DNA of 26,936 nucleotides from Acidobacteriota bacterium (GTDB lineage: Bacteria > Acidobacteriota > UBA6911 > JACQSX01): assembly GCA_036507075.1 (NCBI GenBank), contig DASXQR010000171.1, positions 1 through 26,936 of the forward strand. The letters are read 5' to 3'. Shown here one piece after another: positions 26,065-26,936 of the stretch. The notes under the pieces are model-generated. The model was not told the origin of the DNA. It ran no database searches and saw only the letters and a program-made list of their open reading frames with translations. Every line of letters begins with the position of its first letter. Position 1 is the first letter of the stretch. The position numbers and the translations under genes are program-made.

Positions 26065-26750
26065 TGCGAGATTCCTTCCACTGTATTGAATCGGCGAAGT
26101 TGATCAGGGCATCGCCAGGCTTTTGCAGAGAAACAAGGGCAGATTCTTCGATTCTGAATTTTCGCGCAGTGGGAGCAATTTCTGTTTTGTCCGTCTTCAT
26201 GACGATCTTGGTAAAGGTGTTGACTACCACGTCGCGCCCAAGATGCCCGACGAACTGGCTGGAGATGATCAGACCCAAGCCGAACTTTCGGCCTTCGGTT
26301 GCAATCCGGTTGAGGGCCGCCATGGGGGAATCCTTGGCCGCGGGTGTGCAGAGTTTTGACTCGTCGACGACCAGGTACAACCGCGTCGGCTTGATGCCGG
26401 CAAGCTGCTGCTGGCGGAATATTTGCTTGAGCATTGTATCAGCCGCCATATATTGCAATTGCGGCGGCAACCTGCTCAAGTCCAGCCGCAGGTTTTCGGA
26501 ACCGCTCTTTTCGAGCGTGAGTGTGCAGGGCACCTGAGGCTTGCTGAAGATTTGAAAATCAAAGGCCAGGGAAAGCTTGGTCCGAAGGCCTTGTGCACGA
26601 AGATCGCTTTCGTCTGCCGCAATGCGTTCCTCGAGAGTGTTTTTCAAGTCCCCGAAGTGGGGCATGATCGACTTGGCCCAGGTGCTGCTGTTGTCCTGTC
26701 GAATTCCGAACTTGCGATGTCTGTTGAACGAAGATTTCCTCTCAATGTCT
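26039..26750 (-). pseudogene. 5'-truncated HerA/FtsK/VirB4-superfamily ATPase
   Basis: Retains Walker B YLVVDES and IATEGRKFGLGLIISSQ but has no Walker A. Its upstream sequence is the antisense of a GT28 fragment. Confidence 0.8.
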
Positions 26751-26753
26751 AAG

Positions 26754-26936
26754 ATGGACGAATGGATGGCCGCCTCAGATCTGCTGATTGGCAAACCAGG
26801 TGGACTCACCACGTCCGAAGCATTAGCGCGGGGCTTACCAATGCTGATCGTAAATCCAATCCCCGGCCAGGAAGAGCGAAACGCCGATCACCTTCTGGAA
26901 TGGGGCTGCGCAGTGCGATGCAATAACCTGGCGACG
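26754..26936 (+). pseudogene. 5'-truncated GT28 glycosyltransferase (UgtP/MGDG synthase-like), running off the window end
   Basis: Hand translation MDEWMAASDLLIGKPGGLTTSEALARGLPMLIVNPIPGQEERNADHLLEWGCAVRCNNLAT contains the KPGGLT..EA and PGQE..N signatures. Codons upstream of 26754 are not GT-like. Confidence 0.85.

Overview
Bacterial DNA; the CRTAC1/ASPIC-UnbV gene and repeat types suggest Acidobacteriota, but that is inference. Three zones. (1) 1-3874: a tandem array of four paralogous, uncharacterised ~300-aa putative TIM-barrel proteins (the three complete copies start with twin-arginine motifs), with a GTAG-type REP cluster and a long nested hairpin in two of the spacers. (2) 4100-20641: a divergent, ROK-regulated catabolic locus. 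The minus arm encodes a class III aminotransferase, a PhyH Fe/2OG dioxygenase, an SDR, a secreted six-hairpin glycosidase-like protein and an NHL propeller with a PAL-type lyase active site. The plus arm encodes a free lipoyl domain with E1 alpha/beta but no E2/E3, an SSS transporter, an unannotated 59-aa membrane protein, a class I aldolase, a Gfo/Idh/MocA dehydrogenase and a PfkB kinase. This is the best candidate for an undescribed amino-sugar or N-substituted glycoside pathway. (3) 20384-26936: a recombination-scarred region. The pfkB 3' end is duplicated 2400 bp downstream around a CRTAC1 gene, degenerate integron attC sites flank cassette-like genes, and a HerA-like ATPase and a GT28 (UgtP/MGDG synthase-like) gene are both 5'-truncated at one junction. 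All family calls come from motif recognition, not database searches.
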